Of a stretch of DNA of 64,000 bases, positions 1 through 57,669 are shown one piece after another (positions within the stretch are counted from its first letter, which is position 1; each line of letters opens with the position of its first letter). Location: the NCBI RefSeq assembly GCF_009914755.1, contig NC_060936.1; one strand, 5' to 3'. This stretch comes from the human T2T-CHM13v2.0 reference genome, Homo sapiens. Made by a program: the position numbers and the translations under genes. The notes under the pieces are model-generated. The model ran no database searches. It was not told the origin of the DNA and saw only the letters and a list, made by a program, of their open reading frames with translations.

Positions 1-672
1 GAAGAAAATTGAAATACCACAAATGTTAATAAATAGATGAAACCCCTGGGGGATCCAGAGAAAAAATCTTTGTATTGCCAAAATAACCCTGAGGGTAGAA
101 TTCTTCAAATGCTTTTTGTAAGGAAATATATAATGTAATACAATTAAAAATGAAAGGCATAAAGGGTTTACTATTAGTATAACACACGACTAATGTGTAA
201 AGTTATTTATCTGAAGAAAAGACAGCTAAGTATCCTAAACTTGGTAGTTACTCATATTTCAAAGTTCAATTCAGTTTCTATTTCTTCATAAGGAGTTTTT
301 TTCCTGTTTTGCTTGCTCTATTTTTCTTTTAACTTCTGTAATACTTATAGTTTATGCCAATCAGTCATTTTCATATTTTTCACTGGTTCGTGTTCATATC
401 TTTTATCTTCTTAGCAAAATTCTAAGCTAAGAAGAAATTGAAAAGCAGGAACCTGCTGACAATCTTTTTCTTGTAGTCATGGGTCCTAGCACAGTGCTCT
501 GCACATGGTCAGCATTCATACAAACACATGTGATTATATTTCTGAGCTGGAAAAAGGATAAGGCTTTGATAGAGATTGACTTTAATAGTATTTTGATATT
601 AGTATTGTCTTATGCTGGGGATACATACATCATTAAATAAAATAGGGCAGTCTGGGGTTATGATAAACCTAC

Positions 673-46036
<45,364 letters not shown>

Positions 46037-46320
46037 GTTGCAGAAAGAAGGAGCTGGAGGAGAACAGACTGTATTGTACCCTACTCCCTACAATCCATCT
46101 GGTCCCAAACACTTCCCAAAGCAACTGGGCTTTATGCTGCTCTGTGTGCAAACAGGAAGTTCCACCCACACAAGATCTCTAAACAAAGTTGAGGTCTCTG
46201 AACATTCTCTGGAAAGGTCATTGATGGCCTATTTATAGTCAAGGTTAATTCCTGGCGGGCTAAATAGAATCCCTGGAGGGCTAAAACTACATTCCCATTC
46301 CCGTAAGAGCTCACTTTTAC
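46037..46320 (-). promoter_or_regulatory. A2M: A2M 5' UTR and proximal promoter
   Basis: CATAAAG TATA-like (46130-46136, - strand), about 25-30 nt above a probable start near 46106. Also AAACAGGAAGT ETS/FOX:ETS (46150-46160), AAAGGTCA NBRE (46213-46220), TATAAAT (46231-46237, - strand) and TTCCCGTAA STAT site (46298-46306). Confidence 0.85.
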
Positions 46321-47036
46321 CGTACAGCAGCTAATAAGCTTTTCAACCTCTTCTCTCCCTCACTCCCCCACAACTCCTCACAACGCCTTTTATGGTGCTT
46401 CTCACATCTCTTGTATGAATAGCTGGCAAGGAAAACTACAATTTAAGCAACACTGGGCAGGCTCAAAATAGATATTTCACTACAAGTCAGTGTGGCTGCA
46501 AGTTCTCCATTAGATATGCCTAACCTAAATGTTTGAAGCCACATCAGAATTCAGTAGTCCTCTTTGAAAATGGCACGAATTAAACCAGTAGCTTTTTGAC
46601 ATTAGGGATATTACTGGGTTGCAGATGAAGAGCCAGGCCCTGGAAGAATGATCATAGAAAAGAGTTTCCTGTTTTAAGAAAGTGAAACAAAGAAACGTGA
46701 AGTAACAGGACTTCAAAAACAAATTTTGACCTATTGTGCCTAACAAACTTCCCAATTGCCTTTACCATCGACTACACAGACTTCCTTACTGCCTTCCAAA
46801 TATGATACTCCTCTGCAAACTTTAAGTCATATAAATGATTTCATTAATCCATCCATCCACCCATGCATTTATTCATCCATCTATTCATGTAGCTATTCAG
46901 TTGCTTTGTAAGTATTTTTTGATCCTACTAGGGCTAGACATCATGCAAGATTCTAGAGATAGGGTGGTCAAATAAGTATGAAAACAGGCACTTAAAGATT
47001 TTACATTCTTGTTGGGGCAAAAACAGACAGAAAAAC

Positions 47037-47122
47037 AACTACTGTATAAAATACAATATAACACCTACTGTATAAAATACAGTATAAAATACAATATAAA
47101 ACTACTGTATAAAATACAGTAG
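47037..47122. repeat. Short tandem array of ctactgtataaaatacaatataa-like units
   Basis: Three ctactgtataaaatac copies at 47039, 47065 and 47102. Confidence 0.85.
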
Positions 47123-47889
47123 CCAAACATATTATTGCAGAAGTTCAGGATGCTCTGGGAGCACATAAGAGAGCACATAACCCAGACCTGGAACCTTTTA
47201 AAAAAATTTTGAGGGAAAGCAAAATGTAAATTAAGCTCTGAAGTATGAGTAGTGGTTGTCTCGAAGAACAAAGAGATGAAAAGAGCTTTCTAAGCATAAC
47301 GAATGACAGATGCAAAGGAGGGAGAAGAATCACGGCACATGCATGAAATGAAAACTATTTGGTATGGAGGAAATATTCCTTTCTGATACTTCAAATCAGA
47401 AAGGAATTTGTCAACAATATTAAGGTATTCAGAGGAGTACTCAGTGGATTGACTTCAGGTTTGTTTCCTGGAAAGCTTGCTCTTATTGAAATTTGAAAGG
47501 GCAGCTAGAAAGAGGTGATCCAGGATGCAGGAAGACCAGATGGGAGCTGGTGTAATAATATAGGTGAAAGCTGATGGCATTTTGAACTATGGAATTTGTG
47601 GTGGTATTGAAAAGAGCTTGCAGATTTATATCATATTTAAGAGGTAATTATAGTGCTCAGTGAATATATCAATGTGAGGAATAAAGGAAAATGTGTCTTT
47701 CCATTTTCCTGGCTCGTCACGGAGTGAATTGTGTTGCCTTTAGCTGGGTGAGTGAAACAGAAGAAACACAGATTGGTGGGAGCAGAAGGAGGACAGAAGG
47801 GCTGAGGGTTGGGAAGATGGAGTAAGTGCTTGTGGGATATTCACGTATTAATATTCACAGGAGTTTGACATTTGAATCTTGAGCTTACA

Positions 47890-48175
47890 GCAGTGTGGTC
47901 TACTAGAAATAGAATGTGATCGCCCTGTGTAATTTTAAATTTTAAATTTTCTAGTAACCACATAAAGAGAAACATTAAATTAATTTTAATAGTGTATTGT
48001 ATTTAATCCAATATATCCAAAATATGATCATTTCAACATTTAGCCAATATAAAATTGTTAATGATATCTTAAAGACTTTTTTTTCATAATTTGTTTTCAC
48101 AAGCTGGTGTGAATTTTATACTTACAACATAGATCAATTTAGGCTAGCCATACTTCAAGTGGCCAATATTAGACA
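47890..48175. mobile_element. MER3/MER33-like hAT relic
   Basis: ttttctagtaaccacat..atttcaacat..ctagccatacttcaagtg. Confidence 0.65.
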
Positions 48176-48364
48176 TAATATAGGTAATATTTTTCAGATT
48201 ATGGTGTTAGCATCTAAGTGGGTTGTAACATCATGCCCTGTGAGTCATGACCAGGATTTTAAAAAATGAAAGAGAATATAATAAAAAATACAGTGTATCA
48301 GACAGAATAAGTGAGAATAGTGATTTGGGAAACATCTGTTTCATATACATGCAGCAGAGGCTGG

Positions 48365-48825
48365 TGGTTGTTTCCTGTTACCACTTCTCCAATTCTGCTT
48401 TAATAATAGAACTCCCGATCCTTTGCTGGGTGCAGACTGCCTAGTTGACTTCTATGTTTTTAACCCACTCCCTTGAAGCTGGGTATGGCATATGACTAAG
48501 TTCTGGTGACTGGAGGGCAAGTGGAAGTGATACATGCAACTTTCAGTTCATGACTTAAAAAAGGAAGGGTACAGTTCTGCGCTTCCCCTTTCTTCCTTGC
48601 CCAGGCTGGAATGTGGACATGCTGACTAGTGATAGGTACTGCTGTAGCTCATCAGATGGAAGCCATGTGTTAAGGAAGGCAGAACCACAAACCAGGCACA
48701 GCCTGAGCCCTTGAGTCATCAAAAGTCTACGCCAGTTGGGACCTTTATGTGACAGAGAAATGCATTCTCTTAGTTAAGCCATTGTATTTTGAGGTCTGTT
48801 ACAGCATTAAAATCTATATCCTAAC
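48365..48825. mobile_element. MLT1-type ERVL-MaLR LTR
   Basis: ggcatatgactaagttctgg..gctggaatgtggacatg..ttaagccattgtattttgaggtctgttacagca. Confidence 0.7.
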
Positions 48826-51036
48826 CTTATTTTTCTTTGTCACTATTTCTGTCTCAATCATCTGTATCCTTTACTCTAAGTGTCCTAGGTCACAATTGTG
48901 AAAATGTGATTACAGTGTCACAGTGGGAACTGCTTATTGAACATGTACAAAATCCCTTATTTTTGGTTAAAGTTAAAGCAGTCTGAATGCCACTAGCTTG
49001 ATGAGATCTGCTGTACTTATAGAGACTATGGATTTATCAGTTTATTGGGCAAGCTGATGCCATGGAAATGGATGATAATACCCACGTAGAAGATGTTGAT
49101 GAAAAGAGAAAAAGAGCCCAAGACAGAGTTACAGGGAATGCTCTTGTCTAGGCAATGGGCAGGAGCACCCAAGTGGAGCAAGAAGGGCCAATTAGAGAGG
49201 AAGAAACACAGGCAGGAGAGTGTGAGGTCTCTGAGTCCCACGGAAGGGACCGCTTTAGTAAGAGAATAGTCAATAGAAGATTGCTACTAGACCAGAATGA
49301 TCATGACTTTATACCAAGGCATCAATGTTAATAGCACACAACATTTTAAAAAATTATTACAAATGATGGTATAATTTTATAATGTATTGATTCATAATGT
49401 AACATAATTTAAATGGTTTCTAAGACGCTAGAAATAAGTGAGCATTTACTTGGATTAATGACTTAAAATAGGAGGGATTAATGTTAATAGCATTCATTTG
49501 ATGCCTCATGATAAATTACAAAGATGATCTGTAAAGGTTGTCATTGATAAATTCCTGGCTACCCATGTCAAGTGCCGCTGTGAAATCAAATAATTGATTG
49601 ATTTTTTTTTTCTGCTGGGTTTAAGGACAAGGACATTGGGATTCAGCTGTTTCAGTGCCGGTGTGGGGCAGAAGCTTGCTGAGGGTGATGGGGAATGTGA
49701 GGAACTAGAGCCAGTTTGGCAGTTTGTCTGAAGGGGAGAAAAACAACAGAGCAGTACCTGACGGAGATGCCAGGGTGAAAGGAATATTTCTTTAGGTGGA
49801 AATAAACTTGAATAAGTTTGAATGAAATATTGCTTCTAAAAATGCTGAGTGGGAGGTACAAATGACAGGGGAGAAGTTGAGCTTTTTGGAGTGAGAAGGG
49901 ATGATCCCAGAGGGAGGTCTCTGAAGGATGCATGCAGCAGATGTATTAAGAATGTGGGTGGAGGAATGATCCTTAATGGGAGAGATGCCGCATTCATTAT
50001 AATCACAGATAAAAAGGAAAGTATTACTAAAATCGCCTTTCACCACGACAGAGCCTCCTATTCTTTAGGAGAGGGAAAACGAGCTTGAGAGAAAAAATAA
50101 CTGGACCAGTTAGTTGCCAGGACACCTGAGCCCTACTTCTAACTTAGCTGTGTGGTCCTGGGTAACTCAGTTAACTGCTCTGAGCCTCAGCTTTCATGCC
50201 AATAGTGGGGCAATAATATCTGTGGTCTCACCTTAATGGGGTAGTTTCATACAAGATGCTAGGTGTAACACAGCTTTGACATTCTGATCCTTACTATACC
50301 AGTGTAAATTAATTTTTATAGTTTGAATGCTAATGGCTGAGGATGACATCTATTTCATCTCTGTTCTGGGTTTCGCTATAGGAACAGCATCCATCAGTGT
50401 TTCCAGGAAAAATCACCAATTGGGTTACCTGAGTAGCAAGTTCTTGACAGAAAAGGGAGCACACAATTTGAACCAGTTCTATACAGTTTTGAAGTATTTA
50501 GCAAATACTGCTAGAAAGCTGAGGTAAAGGGGTAGAGCGAAAAAAAGGAAGGGAAAAAGATAGTCCATGGAAAAGAAAGTAGAAGAGCAAAATACAGGAA
50601 AACACATAACAGTAAGAACAAACAAGGAATATTTGGGAAATGAGAGAAATTAGGATTAGGAGGTAGGTGGGCCTTAACAAAAATAAATAGAATCAAATTT
50701 TCTCCTTGTATTGCTATAGTGCTTCCCAGGAACTGAATATAACTTATTTAATTGTACCAATTGTACAGTTAGCGCACATTGTCCTTGAAAAGAGAACACT
50801 TAAGCTTCCCATAGTCCTGACAGTGACGATAATGACAATTTCATCTGGTTACATATTAACTAGTATCAAAAACAAGCTCAGTAGGTGGCATAACCATATT
50901 CACCCTATTAGAGGGTGTACTGGCTTTGTCTTTGACGAAGTATCTTGGGCAAAATCTGCAGTGAAGGAAATATATATCTACAGAGATGTACTCAGTGATC
51001 AAAGAGCAGAGTTTTTCTCATTTGTGCTATCCCACT

Positions 51037-51039
<3 letters not shown>

Positions 51040-51080
<41 letters not shown>
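51040..51080. repeat. (GT)n microsatellite at Alu tail
   Basis: About 20 units. Confidence 0.95.
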
Positions 51081-51083
<3 letters not shown>

Positions 51084-51380
51084 TTTTTTTTTCAGAGACA
51101 GGGTCTTGCTCTGTTGCCCAGGCTGGAGTACAGTGGTTAGATCATAGCTCAGTGCAGCCTTGAACTCCTAGGCTCAACTGATCCTCCCATCTCAGCCTCC
51201 CAAATAGCTAAGACTACAGGTGCACTCCACCACGCCCCGCTAATTTTTTTCTTAAGCTTTTTATGGAGACAGGGTCCTACCATGTTGCTCAGGCTAGCCT
51301 CAAAGTCCTGGCCTCACGGGATCTTCCTATCTCGGCCCCGCAAAGTGTTAGGGTTACAGGCATGAACCATCATACCCGGA
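51081..51380 (-). mobile_element. AluJ
   Basis: Diverged dimer. Confidence 0.88.
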
Positions 51381-51469
51381 CTTTCTGCTTTTTAATGAGA
51401 AAAAATATTTGAATATACAAAGATAAAAGCACATCCTCAGGTTGTTTTCATTCTAATATGCCTCCATCA

Positions 51470-51792
<323 letters not shown>

Positions 51793-53363
51793 TTAATCAG
51801 GATACACTTGGTCCTTTAGGTTTCTAAAGAGGACTGATTTCCACACATAATCCATTTTATTAGATCCTATGTTTGCTACAGAGGAATTAGTGTTTGGACT
51901 AAAACAATTTACTACAAACAATAGAATTCAATGGCTGTCCTAACATATTTATACTTTGGGGCATGCCGAAGTATTTTTGTATAATGAATCTGTCCCCATT
52001 GTGAATTTGCTATGTATATACATTTCAAATTTATAGATACTATCTCATCAACTTTCTAAAATGCCAACTTACCTTCTCACTAGCAATGCTTATGTGTATA
52101 TATTTTCCCAGCACTCATTTAAAATTTTACCAATCTGATGGGGAGGGGAGCATGATCTATTTTGTCTTTTCTTTTTCAAGTTCATGATTACTGGTGATGT
52201 TCAGCATCATTGTCACTTGTAGGAACCCTGTTGCTTATAATTTATCTTTGTTTAACTTTCTTTTTGTTTATACTGTATCTTTATTTTCTGATTAAGAAAT
52301 CCTTCTGCATATGCATACTGAAATTGTAAAAATATTATCCTGCATTTTTTCCTACATTAAGTATTTGTGTTTAGATTTTAATCTTCATCTGCAGTTTATT
52401 TTGGAATAGGAAGCAAGGTGGGGGAAATGTTACAGGATTACTTTTCCTTTGATGAACAGAAAATAAGTGTATGCGTGTTTGTGTGTGGGTTTGCACAAGG
52501 TTGGTTCATGACCCTTAACCATAGGAGCCCCTTTGTTCACTGTAGTGCTCATGTTCGCTGTGGAACTTTCCAGTGTCAGAACTTTCATTTTAGAGAGTTC
52601 TACTTAGTTTGGGAGCAAACACTGGGGTTAAATTTTAAAAGTAGGAAAGATAAAGTTGTTTGCCAACTTTACTTAATTACTCAGATGATGCTGATGATAA
52701 TGAGGCTAACAACAATAGCTACAACAGTAACAGGTAATGACAGCTAGCAATTACGTAGTACTTACTATATAAATGGGCTAAGACAAGTTCTAAGAGATTT
52801 AGATGTTCCAATTTTTGTTATGCTAAAAGATTATTTTGCTAATAGTTGAACTGTCGGTCCCTAAACCCACAATTTACAGTAATATTATAAAAATTTATTA
52901 AAAAGTAATTATGGAATATATTGTATAAGGTATTATTGAAAGTTCTCAAGTTTTAAATAGTGTAGCTTTCATAATTCATTTATTTTCAAAGCAAGTTATA
53001 CATACGTACTCTCATTATTTAATTTAAAGTAATGCAGTATAATTTGAAGGTTAAATTACAAGTTATTTATAAAGAAAAGGGTATAAAAAGGCATGGTATT
53101 TAAGATGTAAGTATCAAACTGGTTTTTGACTTTTGGCAGTAATTATAAATAACTATTTATTAATTAGACATCATAATGTAATTTTTTCCATGTAATTAAA
53201 GAAGTGGTATAGACTGCTAACATATTTTAACTTTTATTAGAAAATAAAACATGTTAATTTTTATTAGATAAAATAATTTGAATATATCTTGTTACTGGTA
53301 CAAATATTTTAGGACATAATTTTATAAATGAATTTTAAGTGACCTTATTTAATCTTGTATATA

Positions 53364-53880
53364 GTAGTTCCCCTTATCCGAGGGGCATATGTTCCAAGAT
53401 CCCCAGTGGACACCTGAAACCACAGATAGTACCTAACCCTATATATACTATGTTTTTTCCTATACATACATACTTAGGATGAAGTTTAATTTATAAATTA
53501 GGCTTAGTAAGAGATTAACAAAACTGATAATAGAAGAACAATTATAACAATATGCCAACATCACTACTCTTGAGCTTTGGGACCATTATTAAGTAAAATA
53601 AGGATTATTTGAACATAAGCCCTGCAGTATTGAGATAGCTACTAAGTGACTGGGGTGGGGGTTAGGGGGAATAACAGCAGCATATACAGCATGGATACGC
53701 TGGAGAAAGGAATGATTCATATCCCGGGTGTCAAGATTTTATCACACCACTCAGAATGGCACACAATTGAAAATTTATGAATCGTTTATTTCTGGAATTT
53801 TCCATTTAATATTTTTGGACCCTGGATGACCAAGGGTAACTGAAACCACAGAAAGTGAAGCTGCAGATAAGAGAGAACAA
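53364..53880. mobile_element. MER44/Tigger7-type DNA transposon relic
   Basis: agtagttccccttatccg..ttccaagatccccagtgga ... gctgcagataag termini. Confidence 0.75.
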
Positions 53881-54158
53881 ATATACTATCTTTCTTGCAT
53901 AAAGCACATCAGCAATACTAATTGACTACATTTCTAGTTTCAGTTTCTTCCTTGTTTGTGAAGCAATTAGAGTATTTTCCTAGATCCTTTACATTATCCC
54001 TTAAACTTTATAGTAATTTCCTCTATGCCTAATTCAATGGCTTTTTTTTTTTCGCGGAAAATGCAAGATGAGCCTAGAATATCTTATCCTACCAAACAGA
54101 AAGGATGCTGCCAAAGACTATTAGGGTTATGTCGAAAGGACTCAGCTGCCGCCCTTAA

Positions 54159-54399
54159 CCCATTTCCTATTTAGAAAAAAAAAGTGCAGCTCCCTGCCAG
54201 CATTCATTTAATTTTAGTAAACACATTCTTTGAGGCTGGAGCAAATCTGACTGATTTTCAATGTGAAAATAAAATATAAAAGCTGTTCTTGGAGTTATTT
54301 CTAAACAGAACTTGTCTCTAATCCTAGTGTAACAGACATGTATGTGATGTTACCTTAGGATCAGAGACAAGAGGATTCTCGGGGCAAACGGGAAATTCA
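54159..54399 (-). mobile_element. MER75B-like piggyBac MITE
   Basis: TTAA at 54155-58 and 54400-03; cccatttcc/ggaaat ends; internal palindrome 54311-54371. Confidence 0.85.
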
Positions 54400-54435
54400 T
54401 TAAGATGTTTCCACTTGCCAAAGATGGGATACCAT

Positions 54436-55630
54436 TGATGGTAGCCGCTGCTGCCATAATGTTGGCTGCAGTGGAGCCGGTGGGAGCTCCGTCCCTTCTG
54501 AGTTGGGGCCAGAGCTCCCCGGTGCCGCTGCAGCTGCCCAAACCGAGGCTGCAGACCGCGGCCTCCTGCTCTATGGAGCAGGTAGGAGCCCCGCCCAAAC
54601 TGCGGCTGTGGATCTGAGCCTCCCTGTGCTCTTGGAAGGGGCTGGGAGCAGGCAAGATCTACACTCCCCGTGCGGCTGCAGCACCCCGACCAGTGGCTGC
54701 AGACCTGGGCCTACTGCTCCACTGAGCCAGAGAGAGCCCGGGACAAGCGGGAGACCTGCCCATTCCCAGTTGGCTGCGCGGGAGATTCCCTGGTGCAGCT
54801 GCGGCACCCTCACAGGTGCAGGTCCAGGCATCTCTGCAGCCTGCACCCTCGAGAGCCGGGAAGACCCTCCCCTTCTCTCGACCCTGCAGGCTCAGGGGTG
54901 TCTGCTCCCATTGCCTGGCCTTTCTCCTCTCCCAGAGCCTGCTCCAATCTTGGGGCTGAGCCCAGGGGCCATGAATGGCAGCGGGAGGCAGGCAGACTCC
55001 TGGGCAGAAGGGGGCAGGTCCCCTGTAAGGCCCCACCTTCAGGCCAGGGAGGACCTGAAGGTTGGGATCCCGGCAGTCAGTCCCTAGGACTTGTGGTGCC
55101 TCCTTTGGCCTGCCTATGGCTGCCCATGGATCAATCAGCAGGCATTTCCTCCACCCCATAAAAGCCTCGGGCTCAGGCAGAGCAAGAGAGAGGATGGAGG
55201 GACAGGAAGACCAGTTGCAGAGAGAAGCTGCCCTCTCTGCTAATAGCAGGAGACGATGGGACAACCAGCTGCACAGAGGAACTACCCTCTCTGCTGAGAG
55301 CTTCAGAGACCTGCAGAGACTTCGGGACTACAGTGCAGAGAGGAGCAAGGAGCACCCGCTCCAGGGCCTCCTCTCTGCTGAGAGCAGTAGATGTTGGGAA
55401 GACCTGCCTACGGAGAGGAGCTACCCACTGTGGGTCTCCTCTGAGCTGTTCTAAAATTTAGTAAAGCTCATCTTCGTCTTGTCCTTCACTTGTCTGGGTA
55501 CCTCATTCTTATTGTGCACCCTTCACTTGTTCGTGTACCTCATTCTTCCTGTCATTCTTCCTGGATGCAGGACAAGAGCTTGTCGCCAGCCGCAGAAGTT
55601 TCTGGCCAGAAAATCGACACCTCAAAGCAC
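54436..55630 (+). mobile_element. MER52-like ERV1 solo LTR (GC/CpG-rich)
   Basis: TGATGG start, cccataaaagcc TATA region, repeated gagctaccc..ctctctgctgagagc units, agtaaa poly(A) signal. Confidence 0.78.
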
Positions 55631-55887
55631 TAGGTAATACCTTGAGTTTAAGAAATACAGAAAATACAATCAACTTAAGCTCATTAAATATATTTAAATT
55701 CATGAGTTAATGATATATTTTTAATCCAATTGATCACATTATTTTCAATTGACGAAAAATTATGTAGACATTGTGTGCAACATGTCATTCTGAAATATTA
55801 TACATTGCAGAATGGCTTCAATGGCATTTTTAACGTATTCCTCTCCATGGACTCTTTCCAAAGACTTTTAATCTAGGTTTTAGATAA

Positions 55888-56229
<342 letters not shown>

Positions 56230-57669
56230 ATGTTTATATTTTATAAGTTCGTGTACTTTATTCCTCAAATTTATAATTACAATAATGCAACTGGCATAAC
56301 AGAATATACCACAATCATACAGGGTGAGCATATAACTCAACTGTTAGGAGCAAAAGTATGTAGAAATATTAGAGATTATTATTAATCACAGTATTTAATA
56401 TTGTACTAGTTTCATTTTCTGAAGTGGAGAATGTTATTTCATCCGGTGAATCTCTTAAGACCTAGCATTTTTACTATAACTCATTTGAATGTTATATAAA
56501 ATATATTCTCTTGAAACTTTATTTCAAAACAGTAACAACTTTAGATTTCATATTTAGGACACAATGTGTATGAAGCAACTTTTCAAGTGACACAGGACTT
56601 TTTGAGAGGAAAACTTGAGTTTGCTGTTTCTTCTGTGGCTCATTTTATAAACCAAGCGAGAGTCCTGGTAGAGGCTTAATTTTTTTCAGAAGAATGCCTA
56701 ACTTACCTGCTGCCCATCTGATTTCTAAATATGGAACTTTCCGACATAGCAATTAAGAATACAGGGACTCCAGGTCTTTCAGTGGGCTGCTATCTAGCCC
56801 CCATCCAAAGCTTGACTAACAGAGGTGATGTGTATAAAATACCATACTGCTCCAAGCCTAGAAGTTTCTTTTAAGTATGGGTGCTCCCTCCCTGTTCTTG
56901 TCTCCACCATGGAATACAATGGACTGCAATCTGACTTTCAGCTGATCACTGCCTGAAACTTCTGTGCATAGTTCTCTGCCTGGGATTCTGCTCCCACCAG
57001 TGAGGACGCCTTAATTTTTTCTTTTACTCACCTGTCCATTTAGTCTGTATATCATCACGAGACAATGCTGAAGTGTATTAGACTTTGCTAAAAGGGTTAG
57101 AGTAATTAATTACAGAAAACATTATAACACAAGAGGGAAAATACAGAGCTATATGGTAAATATACCTTGTCCCGCGGTCTATGAGTAAAAGCTCTAGACA
57201 CTACATTCTTTCTAGGCGGTCTGTCATGGACACACTCAGCTCCTAATCTCAGTTCCTTGTTCTCACCTTCTTCCTATCCCTTTATTAAAGCACCTCATTC
57301 TTCTCTTCTCTGCTATCTTTCCAACAAACTTTTGAGAATGTCTGTCCAGTCCTCCTAGGAATTGATTCATCTCTCCACAGCAGTACATTTTTGCCGTCTG
57401 GGTTGTTCTGTCTAGAATAATGCCAGGGAACGGCCTTTGGTAGGACACCCAGTGGTGGGCTTGGTTAGCTTTCTGAGGAATATGGACTGTGCTTTAAATT
57501 CTGTGGCAGTCCATGGTGAGTTTAGGAGCTTGAAGCCTGGTTCCCTCTTAAGTTCTCCTCACCAGTGGTTTTGGTGTTTTATCAGCCCTTTTTTGGGTCC
57601 CCTCATAGCACAAAACCCACTCATAGCACAAAAATTCTTATAATTGGTAATAATGCAATTAAAATTTCC

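Noticed and set aside
47037-47122. Repeat-spacer pattern as CRISPR-like array
   Set aside because: Human DNA, only three units, spacers derived from the repeat itself, no cas genes.
54311-54371. Long hairpin as a novel ncRNA
   Set aside because: Intrinsic part of the MER75B-type element.
54350-55454. Cluster of 100-200 aa ORFs on both strands
   Set aside because: All lie in a GC-rich MER52-like LTR where stops are scarce; no recognisable domain.
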